Below are positions 9,772 to 14,202 of a stretch of DNA of 14,202 bases, in pieces. The notes under the pieces were generated by a model that made no database searches, was not told the DNA's origin, and saw only the letters and a list, made by a program, of their open reading frames with translations. The position numbers were made by a program, and so were the translations under genes. Location of the stretch: positions 1 through 14,202 of the forward strand of contig JAQGDQ010002121.1 of the NCBI GenBank assembly GCA_030141605.1, in the 5' to 3' direction. The DNA is from Tubiluchus corallicola. Lineage: Eukaryota; Animalia; Priapulida. How positions within the stretch are numbered: the stretch's first letter is position 1; every line of letters begins with the position of its first letter.

Positions 9772-11757
9772 GTGAGTTCTGACTGGATGTTTCGGGTTGT
9801 TTGTAGATGTTTGGGACTGCTCTAAATGAGTTCTGGTTAGATGTTGTAGTTTTGTCTATATATCTCAATAGATGAGTAGAATTGGATGTACATGCCAGAT
9901 ATTTCAGATTGTTCTAAGTGAATTCTTATTAGGAGTTTCAGGATTTCTGTTGATCTCAACAGATTACAGCGATCAAACGTAAATGCCTTCAGACTTGATG
10001 TAGAGGCTTTAGGTTGCGTATAGATGGAATCTTACCAAACGGTTGAATATTCCTATCATATGCTTAAGCTTAGGTGTACGTGTCTTCTAACAAGCTAATT
10101 GAGGCATTCTGTGTACTTCCCTGTTCAGATGCTTAACATTGCCTGTAGAAGCCTTCTGCCATGTACTCTTGAAGGGCATTACATTTCTTCTGCCCAGATG
10201 TTTGAGATTAGTCTGAGTGAATTCTGACTAGATGTTTCGGGTTGTTTGTAGAAGTTTGGGCCTGCTGTAAATGAATTCTGGTTAGATGTTGTAGTTTTGT
10301 CTATATATCTCAATAGATGAGTAGAATTGGATGTACATGCCAGATATTTCAGATTGTTCTAAGTGAATTCTTATTAGGAGTTTCAGGATTTCTGTTGATC
10401 TCAACAGATTACAGCGATCAAACGTAAATGCCTTCAGACTTGAAGTAGATGTTTTAGGCTGGCGGGGACTGCTCTAAATGAGTTTTGACTAGATGCTGCA
10501 GTTCATCTAGATATCTTAATAAATTAATACAATTTGATGTGGATGCCTTCTAACGAGATGTGTGATGTGTTCTCCCATTGTATAACATTGCCTGTACAGT
10601 TCGTCTGGTTAGGTATCTGAGATTCGAAATAGACTTCACCAGTCTAGATGCTAGAGATTACTCTTAGTGCGTTCTGACTAGATGTTTGAGATTACTGTGA
10701 GTGAGTTCTGACTAGAAGTTTCGGGTTGTTTGTAGATGTTTGGGACTGCTCTAAATGAATTCTGGTTAGATGTTGTAGTTTTGTCTATATATCTCAATAG
10801 CTGAGTAGAATTAAATGTACGTGTCAGATATTTCAGATTGTTCTAAGTGAATTCTTATTAGGAGTTTCAGGATTTGTGTAGATCTCAACAGATTACAGCG
10901 ATCAAACGTAAATGCCTTCAGACTTGATGTAGGTGCTTTAGGTTGCGTATAGATGGAATCTTACCAAACGGTTGAATATTCCTATCATATGCTTAAGCTT
11001 AGGTGTACGTGTCTTCTAACAAGCTAATTGAGGCATTCTGTGTACTTCCCTGTTCAGATGCTTAACATTGCCTGTAGAAGCCTTCTGCCATGTACTCTTG
11101 AAGGGCATTACATTTCTTCTGCCCAGATGTTTGAGATTAGTCTGAGTGAATTCTGACTAGATGTTTCGGGTTGTTTGTAGAAGTTTGGGCCTGCTGTAAA
11201 TGAATTCTGGTTAGATGCTGTAGTTTTGTCTATATATCTCAATAGATGAGTAGAATTGGATGTGCGTGTCAGATGTTTCAGATTGCTCTAAGTGAGTTCT
11301 TATTAGGTGTTTCGGGATTTCTGTAGATCTCAACAGATTACTGCGATCAAACGTAAATGCCTTCAGACATGATGTCGATGTTTTAGGTTGCGTATAGATG
11401 CCATCTTACCAAACGGTTGAATATTCCTATCATATGCTTAAGTTTAGGTGTACGTGTCTTCTAACAAGCTAATTGAGGCATTCTGCGCCCTTCAGCCTAA
11501 AATAGACGCCATTTTACCAAACGGTTGAGTCTTTCTACCAGATGCTTGGGTTTGGTCATTGGTGTCTTCTAAGAAGCTAATTGAGGCTGCCGGTGTATTT
11601 CTCTATCAGACGCACATCTCATTGCCTAGCATTGCCTGTAGAAGCCTTTTGCCATGTACTCTTGAAGGGCAGTACATTTCTTCTGCCCAGATGTTTGAGA
11701 TTAGTCTGAGTGACTTCTGACTAGATGTTTCTACCTACATGTCTGATATTGCTCTAT
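9772..11757. repeat. Higher-order repeat copy 3, incomplete (B-C-B-D, no E)
   Basis: Unit starts at 9772, 10217, 10701, 11146. The core after D leads into an A module instead of E. Confidence 0.9.
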
Positions 11758-13641
11758 GTGAGTTCTGACTAGATGTTTGGGACTGCTCTAAATGAGTTCT
11801 GGTTAGATGTTGTAGTTTTGACTATATATCTCAATAGATGAGAAGAATTGAATCTACGTGTCAAATATTTCAGAATTTTCTAAGTGAATTCTTATTAGGA
11901 GTTTCAGGATTTCTGTAGATCTCAACAGATTACTGCGATCAAACGTAAATGCCTTCAGACTTGAAGTAGATGTTTTAGGCTGGCGGGGACTGCTCTAAAT
12001 GAGTTTTGACTAGATGCTGCAGTTCATCTAGATATCTTAATAAATTAATACAATTTGATGTGGATGCCTTCTAACGAGATGTGTGATGTGTTCTCCCATT
12101 GTATAACATTGCCTGTACAGTTCGTCTGGTTAGGTATCTGAGATTCGAAATAGACTTCACCAGTCTAGATGCTAGAGATTACTCTTAGTGCGTTCTGACT
12201 AGATGTTTCAGAATGCCTGTATATCTTAGATGTACGTGTCTTCTAACAAGCCAATTGAGGCTTTCTGTGTATTTCCCTATTCAGATGCGTAACATTGCCT
12301 GTAGAAGTCTTCTGCCATATACTTTTGATTGGCAGTACATTTCTTCCTCCCAGATGTTTGAGATTACTTTGAGTGAGTTCTGACTGGATGTTTCGGGTTG
12401 TTTGTAGATGTTTGGGACTGCTCTAAATGAGTTCTGGTTAGATGTTGTAGTTTTGTCTATATATCTCAATAGATGAGTAGAATTGGATGTACATGCCAGA
12501 TATTTCAGATTGTTCTAAGTGAATTCTTATTAGGAGTTTCAGGATTTGTGTAGATCTCAACAGATTACAGCGATCAAACGTAAATGCCTTCAGACTTGAA
12601 GTAGATGTTTTAGGCTGGCGGGGACTGCTCTAAATGAGTTTTGACTAGATGCTGCAGTTCATCTAGATATCTTAATAAATTAATACAATTTGATGTGGAT
12701 GCCTTCTAACGAGATGTGTGATGTGTTCTCCCATTGTATAACATTGCCTGTACAGTTCGTCTGGTTAGGTATCTGAGATTCGAAATAGACTTCACCAGTC
12801 TAGATGCTAGAGATTACTCTTAGTGCGTTCTGACTAGATGTTTCAGAATGCCTGTATATCTTAGATGTACGTGTCTTCTAACAAGCCAATTGAGGCTTTC
12901 TGTGTATTTCCCTATTCAGATGCGTAACATTGCCGTAGAAGTCTTCTGCCATATACTTTTGATTGGCAGTACATTTCTTCCTCCCAGATGTTTGAGATTA
13001 CTTTGAGTGAGTTCTGACTGGATGTTTCGGGTTGTTTGTAGATGTTTGGGACTGCTCTAAATGAGTTCTGGTTAGATGTTGTAGTTTTGTCTATATATCT
13101 CAATAGATGAGTAGAATTGGATGTACATGCCAGATATTTCAGATTGTTCTAAGTGAATTCTTATTAGGAGTTTCAGGATTTCTGTTGATCTCAACAGATT
13201 ACAGCGATCAAACGTAAATGCCTTCAGACTTGATGTAGAGGCTTTAGGCTGGCGGGGACTGCTCTAAATGAGTTTTGACTAGATGCTGCAGTTCATCTAG
13301 ATATCTTAATAAATTAATACAATTTGATGTGGATGCCTTCTAACGAGATGTGTGATGTGTTCTCCCGTTGTATAACATTGCCTGTACAGTTCGTCTGGTT
13401 AGGTATCTGAGATTCGAAATAGACTTCACCAGTCTAGATGCTAGAGATTACTCTTAGTGCGTTCTGACTAGATGTTTCAGAATGCCTGTATATCTTAGAT
13501 GTACGTGTCTTCTAACAAGCCAATTGAGGCTTTCTGTGTATTTCCCTATTCAGATGCGTAACATTGCCTGTAGAAGTCTTCTGCCATATACTTTTGATTG
13601 GCAGTACATTTCTTCCTCCCAGATGTTTGAGATTACTTTGA
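11758..13641. repeat. Second run of three A monomers
   Basis: Anchor spacings 635, 634, 635. There is a 20-bp deletion in the first core (~11770) and a 1-bp deletion at ~12934. Confidence 0.93.
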
Positions 13642-14202
13642 GTGAGTTCTGACTGGATGTTTCGGGTTGTTTGTAGATGTTTGGGACTGCTCTAAATGAG
13701 TTCTGGTTAGATGTTGTAGTTTTGTCTATATATCTCAATAGATGAGTAGAATTGGATGTACATGCCAGATATTTCAGATTGTTCTAAGTGAATTCTTATT
13801 AGGAGTTTCAGGATTTGTGTAGATCTCAACAGATTACAGCGATCAAACGTAAATGCCTTCAGACTTGATGTAGATGCTTTAGGTTGCGTATAGATGGAAT
13901 CTTACCAAACGGTTGAATATTCCTATCATATGCTTAAGCTTAGGTGTACGTGTCTTCTAACAAGCTAATTGAGGCATTCTGTGTACTTCCCTGTTCAGAT
14001 GCTTAACATTGCCTGTAGAAGCCTTCTGCCATGTACTCTTGAAGGGCATTACATTTCTTCTGCCCAGATGTTTGAGATTAGTCTGAGTGAATTCTGACTA
14101 GATGTTTCGGGTTGTTTGTAGAAGTTTGGGCCTGCTGTAAATGAATTCTGGTTAGATGTTGTAGTTTTGTCTATATATCTCAATAGATGAGTAGAATTGG
14201 AT
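13642..14202. repeat. B monomer (13642-14086) and start of the next core
   Basis: Matches the B module at 4672-5116; the window ends inside the next core. Confidence 0.9.

Larger units (their letters stand above)
1..14202. repeat. Complex modular satellite-like tandem array (26 monomers of 445-635 bp plus a partial one), all in the same orientation and running off both window ends
   Basis: Anchor GCGATCAAACGTAAATGCCTTCAGAC read at 202, 735, 1230, 1734, 2352, 2964, 3599, 4234, 4869, 5314, 5798, 6243, 6855, 7419, 7864, 8348, 8793, 9405, 9969, 10414, 10898, 11343, 11935, 12570, 13204, 13839. Spacings: 533, 495, 504, 618, 612, 635, 635, 635, 445, 484, 445, 612, 564, 445, 484, 445, 612, 564, 445, 484, 445, 592, 635, 634, 635. 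No unique sequence lies between units. Confidence 0.98.

Noticed and set aside
1-14202. CRISPR-like array (constant repeat alternating with variable spacers)
   Set aside because: The constant part is ~242 bp, the variable parts are 200-390 bp, reused many times and homologous to each other; there is no cas gene or leader.

Overview
The whole window is one non-coding, head-to-tail, modular satellite-type tandem array, most likely eukaryotic heterochromatin; I do not recognise the family or organism. It holds 26 monomers plus a partial 27th. Each monomer is a shared ~242-bp core (with a 26-bp anchor, GCGATCAAACGTAAATGCCTTCAGAC, identical in every copy I read) followed by one of a few reused variable modules. 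Monomer classes by length: A 635, B 445, C 484, D 612, E 564, plus a single F of ~504 bp. The order is A' C* F A D A A A B C B D E B C B D E B C B D A A A B. This is a 2550-bp higher-order repeat (BCBDE, ~2.8 copies) bracketed by AAA runs 8971 bp apart. The modules derive from one another by switches at short shared junction words (AGATGTTT, ACATTGCCTGTA, GGCAGTACATTTCTTC) and sit on an older 20/34-bp TAGATG-based subrepeat. I can support no protein-coding gene, RNA gene, CRISPR array or transposon; the listed ORFs are by-products of the repeat. The interest lies in the array's grammar and recombination history, not in a demonstrated new functional system.
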